Part shown: positions 11,905 to 19,758 of the stretch, in pieces
Position numbering within the stretch: position 1 is the first letter of the stretch
Layout: every line of letters starts with the position of its first letter
Notes under the pieces: generated by a model
The model's input: the letters and a program-made list of their open reading frames with translations, nothing else
Databases searched by the model: none
Told to the model about the DNA's origin: nothing
NCBI RefSeq assembly: GCF_016593155.1
Contig: NZ_AP023215.1
Location: 300,001-332,000 of the forward strand
Direction: 5' to 3'
Source of the DNA: Candidatus Saccharimonadota bacterium
GTDB taxonomy: Bacteria; Pseudomonadota; Gammaproteobacteria; Burkholderiales; Burkholderiaceae
Length of the DNA: 32,000 nt
Translations under genes and position numbers: made by a program

Positions 11905-14739
11905 TTAATTATTGGATATATTCTTAAACTTTAATAGCTGTTCTTTTAATTTATATAAAGCGGTAGAAAAATTATTAATTCGTTCTTGCTCTTTTATTAT
12001 TATTTTTTTTGGGGCTTTTTTCATAAAAAATTCATTATTAAGATTTTTTTGTGCTTTATTAATTATAATATTAATTTTATTGATTTCTTTAGAAATTCGT
12101 TTTTTTTCTGTTTTAACATTTATTTTTGTAATTAACATAAATTTAATATTATCAAAAATAATAACAGGAGATATTGAGTTAGTAGGTAAAGTATTAATTA
12201 CTTTTATATTTGATAATTTTGCTAATTCTTTAAGATATGGAAAGAAGGATATTAAATAATTATCATTATTTTTTGATTCTATGAATAATGGTATACGTAA
12301 TGTAGGAGATAATCTCATTTCCCCCCTTAAATTTCTACATGCATTAACATACATTTTTAATTGTTTTATCCATTTTTCAGATTTTTTATCTATTTTATTT
12401 AAATTAATTTTTGGATATTCTTGAATCATAATTGATTTTTTTTTTTCATTAATTTTTCCATTTTTTAATGGAAAAATTTTTTGCCATAAAGCTTCTGTGA
12501 TAAATGGAATAATTGGATGAGCTAAACGTAGTAAAGTTTCTAGCACATACAATAAGGTATTACAAGTATTTAGTTTATGGTATTTATCATTACTTTTTAA
12601 TTGAATTTTAGCAATCTCTAAATACCAATCACAATATTCATACCATATAAATTTATAAATAGTTGATGCAATATTATCAAAACGATGATTATAAAATTCT
12701 TTTCTAATCTTTACATTTGTTTTTTGTAATAAAGAAATAATCCAACGATCAGTTTTTAATAATTTTATTTTTTCGTTATTAATATTTTGATATTCAATAG
12801 AGTTATAATTACAAGATAAAACATTAATTTGCACAAAACGAGCTGCATTCCATAATTTATTACAAAAATTACGATAACCTTGACAACGATTTAAATCAAA
12901 ATTAATATTACGCCCTAATGTTGATAAGGAAATAAATGTAAAACGTAATGCATCAGCTCCAAACGCAGATATTCCATTTGGAAATTCCTTTTTTGTTATT
13001 TGTGTAATATTATCTATTTTTTTTAAATCTTTGAATGCACAAGTGCGCTTTTTAATTAAATCTTTTAGTTTAATACCATTTATTACATCAATTGGGTCTA
13101 ATATATTGTTTTTTGATTTAGACATTTTTTTACCGTAACTATCTCGCACAAGACCATGTATATATACTTTTTTAAATGGAATTTTTCCTGTAAAATGAGT
13201 GGTCATCATAATCATTCTTATAACCCAAAAAAATAAAATATCAAATCCTGTAATTAAAATAGAATATGGAATGAAAAATTTGTATTCTTGTGTTTTTTGA
13301 GGCCATCCTAATATCGAAAAAGGTAAAATAGAGGAAGAAAACCAAGTATCTAATACATCTTCATCTCGATATATTTTTTTTTTACCAGCTTGAATTTGTG
13401 CATCAAATTCATTACGAGCTACATAAATTTTTCCATCTTCATCATACCATGCTGGAATTTGATGCCCCCACCATAATTGACGCGATATACACCAATCTTG
13501 AATATTATTTAACCATTTTTGGTAAATATTATTCCAATCTTTAGGAATTAACTCTATTTCATTATTTTTAATTTTTTCTAAAGCTACTTCTGCGATTGAT
13601 TTTCCAGAGAAATATGTTTCTTTTGGGGTGGGTTTATTTACAGCAATGAACCATTGATTTGTTAACATAGGCTCAATTATTGATCCAGTACGATCCCCTC
13701 TGGGTATTAATATTTTATGAGATTTAATTTGTTCTAATAAACCCATCTTATTAAGATCATTAATAATTTTTTTACGGGCAATAAATCGATCTAATTTATG
13801 ATAAGCAATAGGTATAATATCTTTTTTTATTATTTTAGCATCTGATGTAAATATATTAATTTGTGGTAAATTATGTTTTTCTCCTATTATATAATCTATA
13901 AAATCATGCGCAGGTGTAATTTTCATACAGCCTGTTCCAAATGTTTTATCAATATATTCGTTTTCTTCAATAATAGGAATATAACGATTGCATAACGGTA
14001 ATTTTAATAATTTACCAATTAAATGAGTATAGCGTTTATCGTTTTTGGATACTGCTACCGCAGCATCTCCTATAATAGTTTCTGGTCGAGTGGTAGCAAT
14101 TGTAATATAATCACTTTTATCAGCTAATGGATAACGAATATACCATATAAAACCATCTTCTTCTTGTGATATAACTTCTAAATCAGATATTGCTGTATTT
14201 AATTTTGGATCCCAATTAACTATACGTTTACCTCGGTAAATTAAACCTTGTTCAAATAATTTTACAAAAACTTCTGTAACAACATTGGATGTGTTTTCAT
14301 TCATTGTAAAATATTCTTTACTCCAATCAACTGATATTCCTAATTGTCGCATTTGATTAGAAATATTAGAGCTAGATTTTTCTTTCCATTTTAATATTTT
14401 TTCAATAAATTTTTTTCTACCAATATTTTTTCGTGTTATTTTTTTTATGTCAAGTTCACGCTCAATTACCATTTGAGTGGCAATACCAGCGTGGTCAAAT
14501 CCAGGAATCCATATTGTATTGAATTTACGCATTCTATGATAACGAACTAAGCTATCTGTAATAGATTGATTAAATGCATGCCCCATATGCAAAATACCAG
14601 TAATATTTGGAGGGGGAAGTTGTAAAACAAAAAATGGGTTTTTTGAATTTATGGTTGCGGTAAAATATTTTTGCTTTTCCCACTCTTTTTTCCAAAAATT
14701 TTCAATTTTATTTGGTTCAAAAGATTTTATTAATTCCAT
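11905..14739 (-). CDS. valS: Valine--tRNA ligase
   Basis: 944-aa ORF. HIGH motif 'PPNITGILHMGHAFN', 'KMSKSKNN' KMSKS motif, and a C-terminal coiled-coil tail. Confidence 0.95.
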   Translation of the reverse strand: MELIKSFEPNKIENFWKKEWEKQKYFTATINSKNPFFVLQLPPPNITGILHMGHAFNQSITDSLVRYHRMRKFNTIWIPGFDHAGIATQMVIERELDIKKITRKNIGRKKFIEKILKWKEKSSSNISNQMRQLGISVDWSKEYFTMNENTSNVVTEVFVKLFEQGLIYRGKRIVNWDPKLNTAISDLEVISQEEDGFIWYIRYPLADKSDYITIATTRPETIIGDAAVAVSKNDKRYTHLIGKLLKLPLCNRYIPIIEENEYIDKTFGTGCMKITPAHDFIDYIIGEKHNLPQINIFTSDAKIIKKDIIPIAYHKLDRFIARKKIINDLNKMGLLEQIKSHKILIPRGDRTGSIIEPMLTNQWFIAVNKPTPKETYFSGKSIAEVALEKIKNNEIELIPKDWNNIYQKWLNNIQDWCISRQLWWGHQIPAWYDEDGKIYVARNEFDAQIQAGKKKIYRDEDVLDTWFSSSILPFSILGWPQKTQEYKFFIPYSILITGFDILFFWVIRMIMMTTHFTGKIPFKKVYIHGLVRDSYGKKMSKSKNNILDPIDVINGIKLKDLIKKRTCAFKDLKKIDNITQITKKEFPNGISAFGADALRFTFISLSTLGRNINFDLNRCQGYRNFCNKLWNAARFVQINVLSCNYNSIEYQNINNEKIKLLKTDRWIISLLQKTNVKIRKEFYNHRFDNIASTIYKFIWYEYCDWYLEIAKIQLKSNDKYHKLNTCNTLLYVLETLLRLAHPIIPFITEALWQKIFPLKNGKINEKKKSIMIQEYPKINLNKIDKKSEKWIKQLKMYVNACRNLRGEMRLSPTLRIPLFIESKNNDNYLISFFPYLKELAKLSNIKVINTLPTNSISPVIIFDNIKFMLITKINVKTEKKRISKEINKINIIINKAQKNLNNEFFMKKAPKKIIIKEQERINNFSTALYKLKEQLLKFKNISNN

Positions 14740-14778
14740 ATATCTTTTTATAAATATTGTTATAACAAAATTTAAAAA

Positions 14779-14850
14779 TTTTAAATCTACAAATATTTTT
14801 TATGAAATAACATAAATAAATTTATGAAGATTTTATTTGTAGATTTAAAA
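14779..14850 (-). repeat. Perfect 17-bp inverted repeat with 38-nt spacer (possible sodB terminator or valS leader element)
   Basis: Left arm ttttaaatctacaaata (14779-14795) is the exact reverse complement of tatttgtagatttaaaa (14834-14850). It lies between the sodB stop (14884) and the valS start (14739). In - orientation it is followed by 'ttttt'. The spacer contains a direct 'tttatgaa' x2. Confidence 0.4.
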
Positions 14851-14883
14851 TAGTATTTTAAAATAATTTTAAAAATTATTAAT

Positions 14884-15477
14884 TTAAATATAATTTTTTT
14901 TAAAATTTTTAAATACAAAATCCCAGTTAACGATATCTAGAAAATTTTCTATATATCGAAGACGATTATTTCGATAATCGATATAATAAGCATGTTCCCA
15001 AACATCCATTGTTAATAATGGGGTATCAGAGGTGTTTAAGGGTGTAATAGCGTTTGATGTATTGATAATTTCAAGTGAATTATTATTTTTTTTTATTAGC
15101 CAAACCCAACCAGAACCAAAATTATTAACTCCAAATTCTATAAAATTTTCTTTAAATTTTTTTAGAGATCCCCATTTATTTTTAATTTCAATAATTAATT
15201 GATTATCAATTTTTATATTATTTTCTGGGGACATGCATTTCCAATAAAATGAATGATTCCAGACTTGTGCTGCGTTATTAAAAATAGGACCAGAAGAAGA
15301 ATTTTTAATAATTTCTTCAAGAGACATATTTTCAAATTTTGTTTTTTTAATTAATTTGTTTAAATTATTTAAATAGTTTTTATGGTGTTTATTATAATGA
15401 AATTCTAATGTTTCTTTTGATATTCTCGGAGAAAGTGCATCGAATTTGTATGGTAATTCTGATAGAATATATACCAT
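14884..15477 (-). CDS. sodB: Superoxide dismutase [Fe]
   Basis: 197-aa ORF with 'FHYNKHH', 'FNNAAQVWNHSFYW' (Fe-type signature) and 'DVWEHAYYIDYRN'. Confidence 0.92.
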   Translation of the reverse strand: MVYILSELPYKFDALSPRISKETLEFHYNKHHKNYLNNLNKLIKKTKFENMSLEEIIKNSSSGPIFNNAAQVWNHSFYWKCMSPENNIKIDNQLIIEIKNKWGSLKKFKENFIEFGVNNFGSGWVWLIKKNNNSLEIINTSNAITPLNTSDTPLLTMDVWEHAYYIDYRNNRLRYIENFLDIVNWDFVFKNFKKNYI

Positions 15478-15672
15478 AATTTATTTCCTTTTTATTTTAA
15501 AGATTAATTATTTATATTTAATAACTCATATTATAATATATATTTATTTTTTTAAAAATAGTCATAATTAAAATTTTTAGAATAGATTATAAAATAAATA
15601 TATAAAAAAAAATTTTTTTAATTTTATTTAAGAACTTAAAAAATAAATTTATTTAAAAATTTTAGGAAAATT

Positions 15673-16338
15673 ATGCGTCTTATTATTTTAGGTGCACCTG
15701 GATCAGGTAAGGGTACACAAGCAATGTTTATTAAAAAAAAATTTCATATTCCTCAAATTTCCACAGGTGAAATATTAAGAGATATTATAAAATCTGATAA
15801 TAAAAATTATTTAAAAACTAGAATTTCTAATGACATAAAAAAAGGTAATTTAATTTCAGATGATATTATTATTGATTTAGTCATAAATCGTTTGAAATGT
15901 TCAGATTGTATTAATGGATATTTACTAGATGGTTTTCCTAGAACTTTATCACAAGCTCATGCTATAAAAGAAGCGGGTATTGTTATTGATTATATATTAG
16001 AAATTTATGTTTCTGATTCGGAGATTATTGAACGTATAAGTGGTCGTCGTATACACATTGCTTCTGGGCGTATTTATCATAATAAATTTAATCCACCCAA
16101 AATTAATGGAAGAGATGATTTTACTGGTGAATTACTTATTCAACGTGATGATGATACAATTGAAACAATTAGAAATCGTTTATCTATTTATCATAAACAA
16201 AAAAAAATTTTATTAGATTATTATAAAAATTTAAAAACTTTTAAAATTTTTGGTTTTCCAAGGTATTATAAAATATCTGGTTCTTTTTCAATAGATAAAG
16301 TTCGCAATAATATTTTTTCTATTTTAGTAAAAAAATAA
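15673..16338 (+). CDS. adk: Adenylate kinase
   Basis: 221-aa ORF. P-loop '[11 protein letters not shown]', 'LLDGFPRT', and a long Gram-negative-type lid '[14 protein letters not shown]' without zinc cysteines. Confidence 0.93.
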   Translation: MRLIILGAPGSGKGTQAMFIKKKFHIPQISTGEILRDIIKSDNKNYLKTRISNDIKKGNLISDDIIIDLVINRLKCSDCINGYLLDGFPRTLSQAHAIKEAGIVIDYILEIYVSDSEIIERISGRRIHIASGRIYHNKFNPPKINGRDDFTGELLIQRDDDTIETIRNRLSIYHKQKKILLDYYKNLKTFKIFGFPRYYKISGSFSIDKVRNNIFSILVKK

Positions 16339-16383
16339 AATAATTATAATCTATATTAATACCATATTAATATAAAAATTTAT

Positions 16384-17649
16384 ATGAAATTTTCAGTTTT
16401 AATTATTAAATCTCTTGAAGAACTTTTAAGTAAAATTCTTAAATTTACCTGTTCTCCAAATAAATTATTATCTAATTATTTTTGTGAATATAAAAAATTA
16501 GGAATATTTGAAAGAAATATTATTTCTAAAGCTGTTTATAATTTATTATATAATAAATCTACATATTTTTATTTTATTTATAATAAATTTGGTGATAAAA
16601 CTATATCAGCGCGCAATTTAACTTTATTTTGTTTAAAAGATTTGATTAGTATTTCTTCTATTGAGGGATTATCTGAAAAAGAATTTTATTTTTTTAATAA
16701 GAAAATTGATTTTAATTTGGCTCCACCGTTAATAAAAAGTAATTTTCCAGAATGGTTATTTACTAAATTAGTAATTCAATATGGAGAATCAGAAACCTTA
16801 GATTTATCTAAAAAAATAAATCAATCTGCTCCTTTAGATTTAAGGGTTAACTTATTAAAATCAAAAAGAGAAATAATTATTAAAAAATTATTAGATTTTT
16901 CTATTTTTTGTACTCCTACTCCTTATGCGCCATTTGGTTTGAGGGTAATAAAAAAAGTTTCTTTAAAAAAAATAGATTTCTTTAAGAAAGGTATTATTGA
17001 AATTCAAGATGAAGGTAGTCAGTTACTTACTCATATTATTGAAATAAAACGCGGGCAATTAATAGTTGATTTTTGCGCTGGATCTGGTGGGAAAACACTT
17101 GCTATTGGTGCTTTAATAAGAAATACTGGTTGTATATATGCACTTGATATATCTAAAAAAAAAATAGAAGAATTAAAAAAAAGAGTAATTCGTAGTGGAT
17201 TATCTAACGTATATCCTATTGTAATTAAAAATGAAAATGATATTAAGATTAAATTTTTAGAACAAAAAGCTCATAGAGTTTTAGTTGATGCTCCATGTAG
17301 TGGATTAGGTACATTACGTCGTAATCCTTATATTAAATGGTATCAAAAATCTTTTTTTATAGAAAAAATAAATAGTAAGCAAATTAATATTTTAAATAAT
17401 GCATCTAAGTTAGTAAGAATAGAGGGATATTTAATTTATTCTACATGTAGTATATTAAAAGAAGAAAATGAAGATATTGTAAATAAATTTATAGAAATTA
17501 ATAAAAATTTTTGCTTAATTTCAGTAAAAAATATTTTAAAAAAACAAAAAATCAAATTATCAATTAACAATGATTATTATTTAAAACTATTAACTAATAT
17601 TCATAATACAGACTGTTTTTTTGCCGCAATTATGAAACGTATTGAATAA
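16384..17649 (+). CDS. rsmB: rRNA cytosine-C5 methyltransferase, RsmB/Sun (NOL1/NOP2) family
   Basis: 421-aa ORF. SAM site 'DFCAGSGGKT' and catalytic Cys motifs 'VDAPCSGLGTLRRNP' and 'YSTCS'. The N-terminal domain is diverged, so the exact substrate assignment is less certain. Confidence 0.8.
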   Translation: MKFSVLIIKSLEELLSKILKFTCSPNKLLSNYFCEYKKLGIFERNIISKAVYNLLYNKSTYFYFIYNKFGDKTISARNLTLFCLKDLISISSIEGLSEKEFYFFNKKIDFNLAPPLIKSNFPEWLFTKLVIQYGESETLDLSKKINQSAPLDLRVNLLKSKREIIIKKLLDFSIFCTPTPYAPFGLRVIKKVSLKKIDFFKKGIIEIQDEGSQLLTHIIEIKRGQLIVDFCAGSGGKTLAIGALIRNTGCIYALDISKKKIEELKKRVIRSGLSNVYPIVIKNENDIKIKFLEQKAHRVLVDAPCSGLGTLRRNPYIKWYQKSFFIEKINSKQINILNNASKLVRIEGYLIYSTCSILKEENEDIVNKFIEINKNFCLISVKNILKKQKIKLSINNDYYLKLLTNIHNTDCFFAAIMKRIE

Positions 17650-17664
17650 AAAATATATTAAGAA

Positions 17665-17735
17665 AGGCGGGGGTCGGAGTTGAACCGGCGTATACGGCTT
17701 TGCAGACCGTTGCATAACCATTCTGCCACCCCGCC
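17665..17735 (-). tRNA. tRNA-Cys (GCA)
   Basis: The reverse complement reads GGCGGGGTGGCAGAATGGTTATGCAACGGTCTGCAAAGCCGTATACGCCGGTTCAACTCCGACCCCCGCCT. The 7-bp acceptor stem is GGCGGGG/CCCCGCC. The anticodon loop is CT-GCA-AA and the T-loop is TTCAACT. There is one C:A mismatch in the T stem. No CCA is encoded (3' flank TTCT). It forms a GC-rich island in AT-rich DNA. Confidence 0.9.
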
Positions 17736-17752
17736 ATATTTATTTTGTATTG

Positions 17753-17825
17753 AGCGGGAAAAGAGTCTCGAACTCTCGACCTCAACCTTGGCAAGGTTGC
17801 GCTCTACCAACTAAGCTATTCCCGC
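17753..17825 (-). tRNA. tRNA-Gly (GCC)
   Basis: The reverse complement reads GCGGGAATAGCTTAGTTGGTAGAGCGCAACCTTGCCAAGGTTGAGGTCGAGAGTTCGAGACTCTTTTCCCGCT. It is near-identical in architecture to E. coli tRNA-Gly(GCC), with anticodon loop TT-GCC-AA. The 3' flank is 'CAA', so CCA is not intact. It lies 17 nt upstream of tRNA-Cys (gly-cys cluster). Confidence 0.92.
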
Positions 17826-17848
17826 ATTATTAAATTCAAAAATTAAAT

Positions 17849-17876
17849 TTTATAGATATATTTGTATTTTTGTCAA
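17849..17876 (-). promoter_or_regulatory. Candidate sigma70 promoter for the tRNA-Gly/tRNA-Cys transcript
   Basis: The - strand reads TTGACA (17876-17871), a 16-nt spacer, then TATAAA (17854-17849). The -10 element ends 23 nt upstream of the tRNA-Gly 5' end. A perfect -35 hexamer is uncommon here, but -10-like strings are frequent in AT-rich DNA. Confidence 0.4.
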
Positions 17877-17911
17877 GAAAATAACTTTTTATTTTTATAA
17901 AAAATTTTATA

Positions 17912-17964
17912 TTTTATATATTAAATAATATTTACATTTTTATATATTAAATAATATTTACATT
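17912..17964. repeat. Perfect tandem duplication, period 26 bp (2 copies)
   Basis: Positions 17912-17938 are identical to 17938-17964 (unit ttttatatattaaataatatttacat). I checked this base by base. The match breaks at 17911/17937 and 17939/17965. Confidence 0.9.
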
Positions 17965-18198
17965 AATTTAAATATAAAATAATTGCAATAATTATTAATG
18001 TTTGTTATGAGAATTTTTCTTTAATAAATTAAAATATTTTTATATAAAATTTAGAAAAAATAAAAATTTTACTATAATTAGTTTCTATTAATAGAATATA
18101 GTATAATTTTTTTTATATTAACTTATTCAATAAAAAATATTCTTAATAATTAGCATTTTTAATTAATATGTATTAATTTTTAATTATTTTTAATTTTA

Positions 18199-19008
18199 TT
18201 AAATATTTTTCTTTAAATTTTTTGGTAAAATAACTAAATTTTTAGTATTTGTCTTACTTAAATTATTTTCAATTAAAAATAATTTTTCTGAAGAAAATGA
18301 AATTTTTATTATAGAGGATCTTACTAAATTTAATGCTAAATTAGCGGCCATTTGTTCACCGGATCGGCGACTTGGTCCAATACCACAGGTTTTTATTTTT
18401 AATTTAGGAATTATACATATAATTTCAAATTTTTGATTATGAGCGGCGCCATAAGTAGCTAAAATTTTATATTCCGGTAATGGAATTTTTCTTTTTTGTA
18501 AATATTCTTGTAAAAGAGTTTTAGAGTCTTTTCCTGTTATTATTGAATTAATTGAATTAAGAATAGTTTTATATAAGGAATAGATTACTTTTTGCACATT
18601 ACCAAAGTGAGAATCTAGAAAAATTGCACCAAATATTGCTTCTAAAGTATCAGCTAAAATAGAAGGTCTATTACATCCACCAGATTTTATTTCACCATCA
18701 CCAAGCAATAGAAACTTTGATAATTCTAATTTTTTAGCAATTTCATGTAATGTTTGTTGCTTTACTAAATTAGCTCTAAAACGTGATAAATCACCCTCAT
18801 TTATTGAATTATAATGCTCAAATAATAATGAAGCAATTACGCAATTTAAGATAGAATCACCAAGAAATTCTAATCTTTCATTATGAATGCTGCTATAGCT
18901 ACAATGTGTTAATGCTTGTCTTAAAATATCAGTATTTTTAAATGTATATCCTAATCGATGTTCTAATGATAGATACCACATGATATCATTCATTTTTTTA
19001 TCTGACAT
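18199..19008 (-). CDS. rnc: Ribonuclease III
   Basis: 269-aa ORF. RNase III signature 'ERLEFLGDSILN'. The dsRBD runs 'KTLLQEYLQKRKIPLPEYK...GIGPSRRSGEQMAANLAL'. A low-complexity tail of about 38 aa extends beyond the usual C-terminus. Confidence 0.92.
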   Translation of the reverse strand: MSDKKMNDIMWYLSLEHRLGYTFKNTDILRQALTHCSYSSIHNERLEFLGDSILNCVIASLLFEHYNSINEGDLSRFRANLVKQQTLHEIAKKLELSKFLLLGDGEIKSGGCNRPSILADTLEAIFGAIFLDSHFGNVQKVIYSLYKTILNSINSIITGKDSKTLLQEYLQKRKIPLPEYKILATYGAAHNQKFEIICIIPKLKIKTCGIGPSRRSGEQMAANLALNLVRSSIIKISFSSEKLFLIENNLSKTNTKNLVILPKNLKKNI

Positions 19009-19052
19009 GCATATTCTTTTGTAAAATTATTTTATTATTGTGCATAAAATTT

Positions 19053-19747
19053 TTAATTAAAATTACCAATATGATTTAATTTTTTAAAATTCATCCATAT
19101 AAAAAATGTTTTTCTAATGATATTCTTATCTGAAATAAAATCCCAATAACAATTATCAAAATTATTATCACGATTATCTCACATTACAAAATATTTTTTT
19201 TGGAATAATGTAATTAAAATTTTTAGTATTAGAAAAAAATAAGTTTTTTTTAGGGAAATTATAGAAAATTGTTATGATATTTAATTTTTCTTTATTTTTA
19301 TTATTTAATATTTTATGTATGGGATTTTTTAAATTTTTTTAAAATTGATTTAAAAAAAATTAAGTTTTGTGTATATATATGGTATTTTATTTTTTTACTA
19401 TTTATTATTAATTTTTTATAATATATAATATTATTCCCTGGAATACCAATTATTAGTTTAATATAATTTTTTGAAATGTTCTTTGAGAAAAAAAATATAA
19501 TTATATTCCTCATTAAATCTCCTAATGATAAGTTGGTAATATTGAGTTAAATGAAATTACAAAAGGTTTATATAAAAATGAATGAAAAATAAAGATAATT
19601 ATAATAATTAGAAAAAATTTTTCGAAGTATTTTATCCAAAATATTTTTTATATTTGTATTTTTTTTTACAAAAATTATATTTAAAAATCAAATAATACCA
19701 GTAATTATAATTAAAATAAATAAAATTTTTGTAAAATTTATCGGTAT
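19053..19747 (-). pseudogene. lepB: Signal peptidase I (lepB) pseudogene: collinear LepB motifs spread over three frames with three in-frame stops
   Basis: My - strand translation gives four pieces. (1) From 19747, TM-like '...FTKILFILIIITGII*', with TGA at 19688-19690 where E. coli has 'LVTGILW'. (2) After a frame change, 'KIFWIKYFEKFFLIIIIIFIFHSFLYKPFVISFNSILPTYH*' is collinear with E. coli '[39 protein letters not shown]', ending in TAG at 19522-19524. (3) After another frame change (including the 66-aa track ORF 19313-19513), 'SLGDLMRNIIIFFFSKNISKNYIKLIIGIPGNNIIYY' compares with 'RGDIVVF...DYIKRAVGLPGDKV'. (4) In a third frame, 'KKYFVM*DNRDNNFDNCYWDFIS...IWMNF' compares with '[22 protein letters not shown]...IWMSF', with TGA at 19179-19181 replacing the Gly of GDNRDNS. 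It occupies the conserved lepA-lepB-rnc slot. Confidence 0.8.
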
Positions 19748-19758
19748 TAATTAAAAAT

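Noticed and set aside
11912-12259. 115-aa hydrophobic ORF antisense to the valS 3' end
   Set aside because: Its Phe/Ile/Leu richness is simply the complement of the Lys/Asn-rich ValS coiled-coil tail. It lies inside a strongly supported gene.
18083-18096. 14-bp perfect palindrome ttctattaatagaa downstream of rnc, considered as an operator site
   Set aside because: Palindromes of this length are expected by chance many times in 32 kb of roughly 75-80% A+T DNA, and nothing else supports it.
18199-18320. The rnc C-terminal tail as a fused remnant of era
   Set aside because: I translated all three frames of the tail and the immediate downstream region and found no Era G1/P-loop-like sequence. 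It is better explained as read-through into spacer after stop loss.
19313-19513. 66-aa ORF from the track as an independent small gene
   Set aside because: Its sequence ('RNIIIFFF...NYIKLIIGIPGNNIIYY') is the box C/D segment of signal peptidase I. It is one fragment of the lepB pseudogene rather than a separate gene.
19688-19690. TGA at a conserved LepB Trp position as evidence for UGA-to-Trp recoding (genetic code 4), as in some tiny betaproteobacterial symbionts
   Set aside because: All other genes give full-length standard-code translations with no in-frame TGA, and Trp is always TGG. The lepB remnant also has a TAG stop, a TGA replacing Gly, and frame changes that recoding would not fix.
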